Shown: positions 23,042 through 34,302 of the stretch, one piece after another
Position numbering within the stretch: the stretch's first letter is position 1
How the letters are laid out: each line of letters opens with the position of its first letter
From: Azolla caroliniana
Lineage: Eukaryota; Plantae; Polypodiophyta
Assembly (NCBI GenBank): GCA_043228905.1
Contig: JBHGNT010000017.1
Span: 13,454,001 to 13,518,000, forward strand
DNA length: 64,000 nt
Reading direction: 5' to 3'
Made by a program: the position numbers and the translations under genes
The notes under the pieces: generated by a model
Database searches by the model: none
Told to the model about the DNA's origin: nothing
What the model saw: the letters and a program-made list of their open reading frames with translations, nothing else

Positions 23042-26000
23042 GTGATCGAGATGAATCCAAATGAGGTGGATTTGATCACGTCCTTGTATGATTTGGAGGA
23101 TGGTTATGTGTCACCATACTCCGCAACTATCGACGAAGAGTTGGACTCGTCTGCATCCAACGAAGTGTTAGCGTGGCCTACATCGGACAAAGATCGTGAG
23201 TCGTGTTTATCCGAATGGGGGGAGGACGAGGTCGATCCCTTCATGTACTATTCGGCCAGGTATTTTGCGTTCACAAGAGGTATGTACGATTTAATGCTTA
23301 AAGATTTATCGGGTGAAGTTAAGGTAACGTTTGAAAAATTAAGCACAATCGCAAGGGGTGCACCTCTCAATCTACATGCATGGAGGTGCATGAAGAGTCA
23401 TCTTTTGCTTAGAAATTAGAATGTGATATGCCTTAAGGCATCACCTCATCTTTAGGTTACCTACGTAGAGAATTGGAGGGAGGTAGTATTGGCATCACAT
23501 TGTGGCGCATCACATCGCCCATTGACGGGTACTCTAAAAGAGTTAAAGAGACTTTGGTCCAATGACCTTCATGACCATGGGATCCCTAGTGCGTATGTCA
23601 AAGCATTGGTTGAAGGATGTGGTTGTCAAGTTGTGTCAAGGTTAACTCCATCTGACATGTAGCGGACAAGTGTCGTGAAATATTAAAAGTCTAGACCCAT
23701 AGAAGTGATCGATATAGAGGCCCATAAGGTAGATGATATGCTCACAGACGTTCAAGTGTGGTATCACACACGCTTCCGTACAAGGGTCGCAAGGGGTGCA
23801 TGTTGTCGCGAATTTACGTGTGTGCATGTGAAACAAAGGCGGGACCACAGAGGCCTTGGACCAAGGAGCACAAGAAGGGAAAGAAGAGAAACGACACACG
23901 ATTATCAACAAGATGGGTACCAACGATTGATTAGGGAAATAGAGTAATTACAACCGGCTCAGCGAACAATGCACACACCAAGATACAACAGTGGGCCTTT
24001 GACGGGAGCACACGGGCTTCCTACGCGAGCAAAGGCATATGTGCTAACAAAACGAAGCAGAAGGCAGAGAGCGGGTGCTCGGTTCCTAGTCCAACATCAC
24101 TTTCCCCCCCCCCCCCCCCCTCAACGCGCAATCCCCCACTCAGTCCTCTCTCCCTCCTTTTATAGACCAAGGAGAGCGTGTTACCTCAAGTAGTTAATCA
24201 CTGCCATTTCCGACAGAGATTCGCCTAGATTTATTCATGTATTTAATTTGTCCTATTAGAGTCTCCTACATCACGCCGACCTAGCCTAGTCCTAGGTTAT
24301 TTACAAGCATAGTTTATACTTTGTGTGCATCTGCGCACGCTGCGGTTCACACGCCTTAGGTCTTCGTTTCTTCTTGTAGCCGGTTTTCTCCACAACGTGT
24401 GACTAAGTATGCTTGTCACTGAGCCGGTAAGCCCATACGGCAATATCTGTGCACTTGACATAGAAAGCTTTCATCCCATGTGGGTGTACTTTTCATGTGG
24501 ACGCTCGAAGGAATGAAGGGGTTGACCATGGGACCATGACCATTTCAATATATGGAACTCATACGGGTCATGTACCGAGAAGTAGACCGGATGCGTACTA
24601 TTTGCCGGCACACCCAAATGTTTTAAGTTGTTGCAAAGATGATCTTTTTGATGTTGGATGTGCACGACATGTGGCATGGATGAGCATGCGTAAGGAAGCA
24701 TATCATAAGTCCAAGGCTAGTCCATTAGACCTTGTGAGTTATAGGTTCTTTATGATACGAAAGGAGGTCCATAACATGGCCAACAAATTAAAATTTGGGA
24801 GTGCCATGACCAAGGTTGATTGGTCTTTAATGATGCAAGATGCCTATGCACTCCGAGATCTTGGGAAGATGGCTCATGTACAACCTTATTTGCCTGGTGA
24901 TCATGGATCTCCCACAAGGCAACCATTCATCTTGGTGCTTGAAGATGAATGGATGTTAGAGATGTGTGAGTGATTGTTAGTAAACAACTCTTGGGCAATT
25001 GACTCCACATTTAAAACAAACCAATTTGGGTTTCCATTATATGCAGTTGTGGCCCCAAACGCCATGGGAATCAATATCCCATTATGGTACATGATATGTA
25101 GTTCTGATAAGGGGTCAAACCATGAGCAAGTAGCTTTAGAAACTTGCTTGAGAGTCATATTTGCGCGGATGCCCAATGTGAGGCCAAATGCGATAGTCAT
25201 CGATAAAAGTTGAACATCAAATAATACCATAATTAATGTGGTTGCAGCAGACCAATTATCTTGGATTGTTGCAAATGGGCAAAGGTCGCAATCACATTGT
25301 CACCTTTTGTTGTGTCAGTTCCATGCCAAAAAATCATGGGTGGACAACTTGTTGTCGAAGGTAAGTGCAACAAAGAGAAACCATCTTTATAATCGGATGT
25401 GCCAACTCATCCAATGCATTACGGAATCCACATTCAGTGCCCAATGTGAGGAGTTAAAGGTAGAATATGCAAACAAGCCAGGTGTTTGGCAATATATAGA
25501 AGGAGGATGGTGTGGCTTGACATGTGTGTGGAGGAAACTATAGCCCAAGTTTGGTAGAATGTTCAACTACAAACATGTTGACACTACCAATATTGTGGAG
25601 AGACATTGGTAGTTTATCAAATATACTGCCTTGAGAGGGAGAATAAACCGATCAATTAACAATCTTGTGCATGTTTTAATCGGGGATAGTCAAATTGGCA
25701 CTTGCATCAGAGGCGCCCATATTGAATGGTACAAGCAACGACAAGAAATATGCGAGAGTGGTAGATTTGCACCCCGTGCAAATTGTAGGGATCAAACAAC
25801 AAGACTTAAGGAGGCGGAGAGGATACTAGAGAGGTATGAAACTAATGATGTGTCGGTGCATATTGTGGACGAGCCCCAATATTGGTTTAAAATATTGAGC
25901 TTGACTAAACCTACTGTATGGTATAATGTATCACTCCAGTGCTCATATTGTGATTGCCAAGACCCTACGAGTAAATGTAAGCATATACTCGGCATCCAGA

Positions 26001-26600
26001 TGATTATTGAGAGGCACATGCCACATCTATGTGGGTCATTGCCTTTTATAAATCACGCGGCGCATATGTGCAATGACCATTTCACAGAAAACGAAGTGGA
26101 GACAGAGGTAAAACCAGTCAAGGAGACAAATCCAAGTGCATCAGATATGGAGGAATGGGAGTTAGAATTACAAATGACGAAGGAAACTATTCAATGTCTT
26201 CGGCAAGGGTTACGATCCCTCGACCGTGCTCAAGTTTTGGCATGTATGGCATCTTGCAAAAGAAATGAGATTGGCGTTGGGGTACCATGTTGGTGCACCC
26301 GAACCAACCAATGAAGAAGACGGTGGATCCATAACGCGGAAGCAAGCAATTGGTGTGAAGAGACAAGCATCAGTCAATATTTCACAAGATCTTATTGGCA
26401 GCTCCCCAAACACTTCCAAGGCGCACACCGGAAAAATACAAAGAGGTGCAAGTCGAGCTAGGAGGCGGTTGCGAATATATGCAACAAAGAAGATTCGATG
26501 CTTGCATTGTGATGCCTTGACATTTAGATCAACGAACTCGAATGTTGATTGTTGCAAGAATTGTGGCCACATCTTGCCATCATCTCCGGATGAGCCATAA
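23042..26600 (+). pseudogene. MULE transposase pseudogene (N-terminal Zn finger, DDE core, SWIM finger)
   Basis: WAIDSTFKTN, IVIDKS, LLCQFHAKKSW, DTTNIVERHW and SWIM CSYCDCQDPTSKCKHI; many stops; interrupted by the solo LTR at 23804-24394. Confidence 0.88.
23804..24394 (-). repeat. Solo gypsy LTR (family of element G)
   Basis: TGTCGCG...TCCACA with flanks ATGT/ACGT. Removing it restores the transposase frame (GARVTKYACH versus GAHVTRYNCH in copy 2). Confidence 0.85.
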
Positions 26601-26679
26601 ACATAGCTTTAGTGATTTTGTGGACCGGCGCATTTTGGTTTACGATGTTTAAAGTGGATTTCTATTAAAAGGATGTATA

Positions 26680-26853
26680 TGTTTTTTTATGTTTTATGTT
26701 TCAAGTATGTCATTTGTTGATTTATGTTTTACGTTTTATGTTCCAAGTATGTCATATGTTGATTTATGTTTTAAGTTTTATGTTTTATGTTTCAAGTATG
26801 TCATATGTTGATTTATGTTTTTATGTTTTATGTTTCAAGTATGTCATAGTTGA
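26680..26853. repeat. About 40-bp tandem repeat x4 in the MULE 3' region
   Basis: Repeated TTTATGTTTCAAGTATGTCATATGTTGA units. Confidence 0.85.
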
Positions 26854-28045
26854 ATTTGTATTCATTTGCATGTAACAAGAGGTACAATATTGACTAGATG
26901 GATGAAATATGAAAAGAAGAAAGCATATTGGGGTTTAATAACATATTTCACTAAGTGAAATAAGGTAGAACCGTTTCCATTACTTTCCTAAACTGTAAAC
27001 CCTAATGTAGAACTATTTCCATTACTTTCCTTTAGTCTATGAATTTGTTATTTGGAAACATCGTTTGAACCTTATGTGTAATGGTGGTTTGATTTGAAAC
27101 ATATTTCATTATTATAGCAAGTTGGTTTTGCATTTGTATTTTTGTTGCAGACTATATAATCTACGGAAAAGGTGCACTAGAAAGAAATGTTGTATTGCTA
27201 ATATTTAGTGTGATTGATATGTAGCACATATATTGATTGATAAGCTTCACATATTGAATCAATCATATATTAATCTCTACCTCGTTGATGGGAGGAATAC
27301 ATTAATATACATCAAGAATCAAATGCTAGTTGCTAAAATCCCTAAACTAAATGCCTGAAACCCTAAAAAAGAAACAAGTTGAAGAAGCAGAAAACCTAAA
27401 TGATATCAAAATTGACGCCCAACTATTTTAGAACAATAAATGAAGTACTTAATAAAAATAATATTATGATGTAATGGTTTAGTGATTAGAGTTATTTCCT
27501 TTGGTTAATAGGTGCAAGGTTTAAATCTCTTTTCCTCTCTTAAATAGAAGAGGGTTTATTTTGCTTATTGGTTGGGCAACCTACAACGGTGGGCGACCAA
27601 GGACTCAGAGTTGGGCGACCTATGACAACTTTTTTTTTTCCGCGCGTTCTTTCTTATCCAAATCGGACGGTGCAGATCGAACACGCCTTCCTCCGAGGAA
27701 CCTGCACTGTCTATGCACCGTCTATGGCCGCGATTCCGTCACCAGCCCTATTTATGATTTGGTATAAAATAGACACGAGCACACATGTGACATACATACA
27801 CACGCACACACATATATCATAGATTCATATATGTAATAATGTATGTATGTACATATGTATACAGTATCAATATGTATGTATAATGTATGTATAGAGAGAG
27901 ATGCATGAATGATAGATAATACATTTGGTGTGGTGAATTCAGAATTGCATTGCATGCAATAATATAATGTAGCTGCTACCTGTTGATGTAACCAACGCAC
28001 GCGCACTGGGAGGCCTTCCATGGCTTCCTTGAACTCCGTTCTAAC

Positions 28046-30934
28046 ATGTCTCCTTCTCTGCTGAAACTTCCCAATGTCCACGACCTAGTTATCACCCTTC
28101 ACAAATGCAGAAGAGAAAAAGACCTCTGTTCTGCTCTGTCTCTTCACATCCAGATTGCCGAATGTGGTCTGGACACTCATCGATTCATTGGAAACTATCT
28201 TGTGTCGATGTTCGTAGATCTTGGAGACGCATATTATGCTCGCCATGTGTTCGAAAAGCTCCTAATCCGCGAAGAATCCTCCTATAATGCTCTCATCACA
28301 GGGTACATTTCATATGGTGACCCTCGCCAAGCTCTAACATTATATCAAATGATGGAAAAAAAAGATGAAACTTTTTTGCTTTTTATCAGCGAGTTTTCAT
28401 TTGTTCCTTTGTTAAAAGCCTGCATTTCCACATCTGATCTTCATACGGGTGAGTCCATACATTATTTGCTACTTGAAAATGGTCTTCTTGAAAGGAATAT
28501 ATTTATAGGGAGTAGTTTGATCCATATGTATGCCAAATGTGGTCGCCTTCCCAAAGCACAAGAAGTATTCGATCAGCTTCCAGATAGAGATATAGTTTCA
28601 TGGACCGCCTTGATAGGTGGGTACGCGGAAGTCCATGAACTTGCTCAAGAAGCTCTTCGGTATCTTGAATCTATGGAGTTTGAAGGTATCACAACAGACT
28701 CAGCTACCCTTGTTTGTGGTTTGAAAGCTTGTAGCAATGCTGGATGTTGTGCATTTAAGGTACAAGAATTACATGGTATAATTGCAAGAAAAGGGTTGGA
28801 GCGAAACCATGTGCTTAATAGTGCTTTGGTTGACACTTATGCTAAATATGGTATGATTATAGAAACACAAGCCGTGTTCGATAAGCTTATGTTTCGAGAT
28901 GTGGTCTCTTGGACTTCTCTTTTGTCTGGATATGCTGAACATGGAAGAGGTGATGAAGCTCTGAAGTGTTTCAAACATATGCAAGATAATGGTATTTCTC
29001 CCACAGATGTGACTTATGTCTGCACCTTGAAAGCATGTGGAAGCATTGGATCCATCATTAAGGGCCAAGAATTGCATTCTGAGATAAGTAAAAAAGGTCT
29101 TTTGGAGAACTTCTATGTTGGCAGTGCTTTGGTTGATATGTATGCAAAACGTGGATCCCTTGTGAATGCAAAGGTGGTGTTTGATAAACTTCTGAGCCGA
29201 AATTTAGTGTCATGGAATGCATTGATTTCAGGGTATGTAGAACATGGTCATAATGAGGAAGTGCTTAATTTCTCTGAACACATGCATCACGAAGGCATAT
29301 CTCCAGATCTTGTTACCCTTGTTTGTGGTTTGAAGGCTTGTGCAAGCCTTGGAGCTATAGAAAAAGGTAGAGAAATGTATGATAATGTTATGAAAAAGAG
29401 TTTAGAGAGAGATATTGTTGTTGGCAATACATTGATAGACATGTTCTCCAAATGTGATTGTATTACTGAGGCAAAGGATGTGTTTGATAAACTACCAGCA
29501 AGAAATGCAGTATCGTGGACTGCATTAATTTGTGGATATGCTGAGTATGGTTATGTTGAAGAGGTTCAGTATATGCTGAACCAGATGCAAACAGAGGGTG
29601 TATCCCCAAGTTCAGCCACCTTCGTCTGCAGCATGAAGTTTTTAGAGACCCCTGACAAGGGGCAAGGGGCACATTGTGAAATTGTTAAATTAGGACTCGA
29701 AAAAGAGACTCTTGTCGGAAATACTGTAGTTGATATGTATGCCAAATTTGGTTTGATTGTTGAAGCAGAAGATGTGTTCCAGAGGCTCCTAACTAGAGAT
29801 GTGGTCTCATGGAATGCAATGATGACAGGGCTTATAGAACATGGATGTTTTGATGAAACACTAAATTGTTTTGAGATGATGGAGCTTGATGGTATATTCC
29901 CCGATTCTATCACCTTTACATGTGGTCTCCAAGCTTGTCGTAGCAAAGGTGCTATTGACAAAGGCAGAGAGATGCATTCATGGATTATTAAACTATCCCT
30001 ACCTGAGATGGATGATCCCTTTGGTAGCACCTTGGTTGATATGTATGGAAAGTGTGGATTACTAGAAGAAGCACAAAAAGTGTTTGATAAGTTCCGGTTT
30101 CATAGTAAAGGATCATGGAATGCAATCATAGCAGCATATGCTGAAAGCGAACATAATGAAGAGGCCATTGAATGTTTTGATCAAATGCAAGAAGAAGGTG
30201 CATTTCCAGATTCTATAACTATTGTTTGTGTATTAAAAGCATGTGGTTTCTCAGGTATGGTGACAAAAGGCCAACAAATACATAATGAAGTTATTCTAAA
30301 AGGTCTTGATATAGAACCTCTTGTTGGTAACACTTTGGTCTTTATGTATGCAAAATGTAGCCTGATTGAGGAAGCACAAAAGGTTTTTGACCAACTTTTG
30401 GACAAAAATATTATCTCATGGACAGCATTGATGGCTGGATATGCCCAGATTGGAAAGTGTGAAAATGTTTTCTTGATTTTTGACAAAATGATAGGAGAAG
30501 GTATGAAACCAGATTTGGTCACATTGGGTAGTCTTCTAAATGCATGTAGTCATTCTGGTCTTGTAGATAAAGGAATGACATATTTTGATGCCATTGTGAA
30601 GAACCATGGTCTTGCTCTAAAGCTTGAGCATTATATTTGCATGATTGACATGCTAGGCCGAGCCGGCCATGTAGTTGATGCTATAGGAATGATTGAGAAA
30701 ATGCCTTTTCAGCCAGGTATTATTGCATGGCATATTGTTTTGGGAGCATGTAGAAAATGGGGGAATGTGGAGCTTGGAAGATATTCTTTTGAAGAGGCAC
30801 TGAGGTTGGATGAAGATGACATTTCAGTTTATCTTTGTATGTTTAACATTTATCAAGATGCTGGCATGCACAAGGATGCTCATGGTGTTGAGGCAATGAG
30901 AAAAGCCAAAGAAATTTGGAAGAATGTTAAGTAG
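28046..30934 (+). CDS. PLS-class pentatricopeptide repeat protein, E subgroup (no DYW), 962 aa
   Basis: Intronless ORF with repeated P-L-S triplets (VSWNALISGY / TFVCGLKAC / VGNTLVDMYAKCG), then HYICMIDMLGRAG and E motifs (AWHIVLGACRKWGN). No HxE/CxxC DYW motif. Confidence 0.93.
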   Translation: MSPSLLKLPNVHDLVITLHKCRREKDLCSALSLHIQIAECGLDTHRFIGNYLVSMFVDLGDAYYARHVFEKLLIREESSYNALITGYISYGDPRQALTLYQMMEKKDETFLLFISEFSFVPLLKACISTSDLHTGESIHYLLLENGLLERNIFIGSSLIHMYAKCGRLPKAQEVFDQLPDRDIVSWTALIGGYAEVHELAQEALRYLESMEFEGITTDSATLVCGLKACSNAGCCAFKVQELHGIIARKGLERNHVLNSALVDTYAKYGMIIETQAVFDKLMFRDVVSWTSLLSGYAEHGRGDEALKCFKHMQDNGISPTDVTYVCTLKACGSIGSIIKGQELHSEISKKGLLENFYVGSALVDMYAKRGSLVNAKVVFDKLLSRNLVSWNALISGYVEHGHNEEVLNFSEHMHHEGISPDLVTLVCGLKACASLGAIEKGREMYDNVMKKSLERDIVVGNTLIDMFSKCDCITEAKDVFDKLPARNAVSWTALICGYAEYGYVEEVQYMLNQMQTEGVSPSSATFVCSMKFLETPDKGQGAHCEIVKLGLEKETLVGNTVVDMYAKFGLIVEAEDVFQRLLTRDVVSWNAMMTGLIEHGCFDETLNCFEMMELDGIFPDSITFTCGLQACRSKGAIDKGREMHSWIIKLSLPEMDDPFGSTLVDMYGKCGLLEEAQKVFDKFRFHSKGSWNAIIAAYAESEHNEEAIECFDQMQEEGAFPDSITIVCVLKACGFSGMVTKGQQIHNEVILKGLDIEPLVGNTLVFMYAKCSLIEEAQKVFDQLLDKNIISWTALMAGYAQIGKCENVFLIFDKMIGEGMKPDLVTLGSLLNACSHSGLVDKGMTYFDAIVKNHGLALKLEHYICMIDMLGRAGHVVDAIGMIEKMPFQPGIIAWHIVLGACRKWGNVELGRYSFEEALRLDEDDISVYLCMFNIYQDAGMHKDAHGVEAMRKAKEIWKNVK

Positions 30935-31576
30935 TTCCCCTTTTTTCAGTTTTTCATGTAAAAAAACTTCCAAGATCCCAAATGCCCCTAATCAACCACG
31001 AAAAAGAGAATGGGGCCACATACATGTTGTGATGGACATCAATGGCATATATAACTGCTAAAATAGCACGTCTTACTGACACAAACTGGATGACCTTATA
31101 ATCAATTCCTCAAATATGTACTACATATAACTCTTCACAAGGTGTTTAAACATGGGGACATGTGAAAATATTGAAACATTAGGAGTTTTTTTGTTCCGTT
31201 ATTTGGACCTTATGTTCGGCTGCAACATAATGAATATTTGAAAAGGTTTTGCCTCTTCAATTTGTGCATTTTTAGGCTTTGATGTTTCACTGAACTCTTT
31301 GTGGGTGATATTGAGATTGCTTGATGATGAAGCATCAAACTGCCCATTCTAATGTTCAAGTATTTTTTCATTTTCGCATGAATGTTCATGCTTGAGCCAA
31401 AGAATTATCACATTGGTAAATGGTGGTTATGACCTTTACCTGCCAGGTAGTTCACTTTCACAATCATATGTGCCGCTGGACCAAGCACCTCTTAGTCATT
31501 TTGATACTGCGGCGTGAATGTACTTGAAACTCTTGTTGTCAAACAAGTACAAACCTCTAATATTCTGATACCATGT

Positions 31577-33623
31577 TCAGGTCAGTCCTTTTGGGGTGCT
31601 GTGCTGTAAGAGAGATCTGCAAAGTAGGGTGCATTCCACTGCCGAGTGTCCTGGGTTCAAGCAAGTGGTGCATTGTACAACCTGCCTAAATTGGGCTTCT
31701 TCGGTTTTCGGTAAAGCACCTCGGAGGGAGCTCATGGAGAAAGGGTTGCTATTTTGGGCACTATCCATGGTGAGAACACTATCGATGACTTGCTCAAGCA
31801 TCTGTTCAGAAAAGTCAAGGAGCACCAAGGTGGTTCGGAGGGGTTCACAGAGAGCCGTAAGGAAGGTCTCCTTCAGGTCGTCGGCTGGAATTTCCCAAGC
31901 CAGCTGACGGTGTAAGTTCTGAAATTGAATCGTAAATTGAGGGACCGTCTCTTGGGGCTCTTGTGAGATGGCGTAGAACTGGCTCAACAGTTCTCGTTTA
32001 GGTATCTGCTAGTGGAAGAGGCGGATAAACCTGTCCCAGAGGGGTCTTTAAAAGAGGAAAACTCCCCGAAGTCAAGCTAGGAGTAACAGTTCGTTGCTTG
32101 CCCATCGAGGGACAAGCTGAACTCCGTGATCTTCGATATGTCTGCATCGGTCGCGGCCAAGCGCTGTGACACATGGTTAGCTTGCCATGTGGTTTCTCCT
32201 ATGCGTGTTCGCTGTGAACTCACTACGTAAACCGGGCGCGCCAAATTGTGTTACTCCATCCTGGAGAACACCTTCGATTACCCCTCCTGAGTAATCGGGT
32301 CAAGGTATTGTGGTGCGAAGGAGACTCAGGGTCACGGCGTACTACCAAAACGTTAATTGGATCGTTACAGGGAATAGGACTGATACGTTGCAGAATTCCG
32401 GCTACTAGGAGAAAAGGGGTCGGAGAGTGCGGAAACGAGGGTGTGCAAGGAAGCATGAAAAAATGGTCTTTATGTACAAACATGTGTAAATAACATAGTA
32501 TTAGTTGAATGTTGAGGGATGCCAGGTAGAAGGGATTGGATAGGAACTTTAAGACCACATGGATGGAGAGGAATAAAGGGGACTGATGGGAGAAAATCGA
32601 GAGAGATCTCTAATAGAAATCGATTGTCTTTAAGTGCAATGTAACGGCCTCCCCTTGTGCTATAAAAGGGGAGGTTTTGAACTGTTTTGGGGATCCACGT
32701 TTTGGAGGAGGTGCTACCGGACCGAGCTTTGCATATCTCCGTTTTCGGTTTCTATCGTCGTCCTACGAGGCCTCCGCTTCGCGCTGGTAGCCTGTGTGCG
32801 CCCGATCGGAGTGTCGCTAGTGTTTGTTTGTTTGTGTGTGTGTAGCGAGCTCGAAGCTCCATTGCTGACCGTGTCCAGTTGTAATCTTCTATTTTCCTCT
32901 GTTAGTTATTAGTATTTGCTAGTCTCTGTTTGGTGTGTGGTTGTTGTGACTAGAGCTTGTGATCCCACCTCTGTTCTATTCCCACTGAGTGTGTGTGTTC
33001 GGCGTGTGCTCAGTGTTAGCTGTCTGGTGCAGCTCCGGAACCGATAACGCATGTCGAGCCCATGTGCTCACCGTCGAGCATTCAGAGATTTGTCTAAACC
33101 GAATTGTGTACCTGTCCGGTCCGCGCTCCGGCGAAGTTACCCGGTAACCGATCCAGATAATCCCCTTTTCCATATCGACTCCGGAACAATGCTCTAGCGA
33201 GAGATTTCTGGAGACCGATCCGGTTAGCACTTCCCCCCTTACCTGCTCCTTGGTCCGAGACCCCGGTGGTCCCGCCCCGTTCCAACACATCCATGCGGAA
33301 TTCCACGACAACGTTATCTAGACATATGCGTATAGAGATGAGACAGACATATGTATATTCGATTGAATGTAGCATATAGTAGGCATAGATACAAGCACCG
33401 AGTATAATCGGTAAACACTCACTCTCTATTAGCCTATCCCTAATTGTAGTCCCTTACATCTCTCTCCGCTCACCCTTCTGTGTTCGTTACTTCCCGGTAT
33501 ATATAGCCTCCTTCTGCTCGGCGTTTTCCACCCACTCCTTCCTTGATATTTGTCTTCCCTTATATATCGGTTGTTAATGCTCGGCTCCCTTTGGTTCGTT
33601 TCACACTTGTTCCACTGGTAACA
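31577..33623 (-). mobile_element. Gypsy 5' remnant: LTR (~32247-33623), PBS TGGCGCGCCC, gag fragment
   Basis: gag ORF 31577-31987 has a CTTCLNPGHSAVEC knuckle; the LTR is homologous to 50102-50669. Confidence 0.8.
32389..33310 (+). repeat. Solo gypsy LTR nested in the LTR above
   Basis: TG..CAGAATTCC / GGAATTCCACGACA terminal inverted repeat; ACGT on both sides; TATAAAA at 32661; 5' part resembles 4073 and 49627. Confidence 0.75.
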
Positions 33624-34202
33624 AACATCAAACCCTTTTCTTGATGATGAAACAAATCAATCCATCATCAACACTTTAGACATTGTCACACTAAATGATC
33701 AACTAGAGGACAATGATGATGATGAAGATGAGATCATCCTAATCTATCAAAGGCTTGAAGATGACCTAGGGGATCATGACGACATCAAAATGCAAGTCCG
33801 GCTTGAGATTATGGAGGTAGCACAACAAGAGTTTATTAAATACAACAAAGACATCGAAATCTTTATAAACGTGTTTGATTGACGATTCCATATTTCAAGA
33901 GTCCATTGGGGCCTGATATTATATACAACTTTAGAAACCTTATATTCAAATTTAATATGCTACATTCTAATATTGAATCTTCAATGTACTACATTTCGAT
34001 GGTGGCAAAGGGTTCTCTAGGTGAACCTAACTTTTCATTGCTTTAATAACTAAAATTAATTTTTTAAATTTAATAACTAACTACTATATTTATAATATGT
34101 GAAACATCAACTATGCCACGAGAGAAGCAAGATCTTCTTCAAGAATGTCTTTGTTCGTCATCCACTCTCAAACTCTCATTGTAGACCCTCAATGACATGC
34201 TA

Positions 34203-34302
34203 NNNNNNNNNNNNNNNNNNNNNNNNNNNNNNNNNNNNNNNNNNNNNNNNNNNNNNNNNNNNNNNNNNNNNNNNNNNNNNNNNNNNNNNNNNNNNNNNNN
34301 NN
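34203..34302. other. Assembly gap (100 N)
   Basis: Run of exactly 100 N, a typical placeholder of unknown size. Confidence 1.

Larger units (their letters stand above)
12233..27777 (+). mobile_element. Mutator-like DNA transposon, copy 1 (left end not visible; hosts copia D/E and a solo LTR)
   Basis: Motif array 12240-12725; transposase remnants 23042-26600; terminal region 27570-27777 (…AATAGACACG) homologous to 47670-47945. Confidence 0.8.

Noticed and set aside
31563-31580. Minus-strand TGGTATCAGA copia-type PBS
   Set aside because: No LTR or gag could be traced with it; at most a tiny relic.
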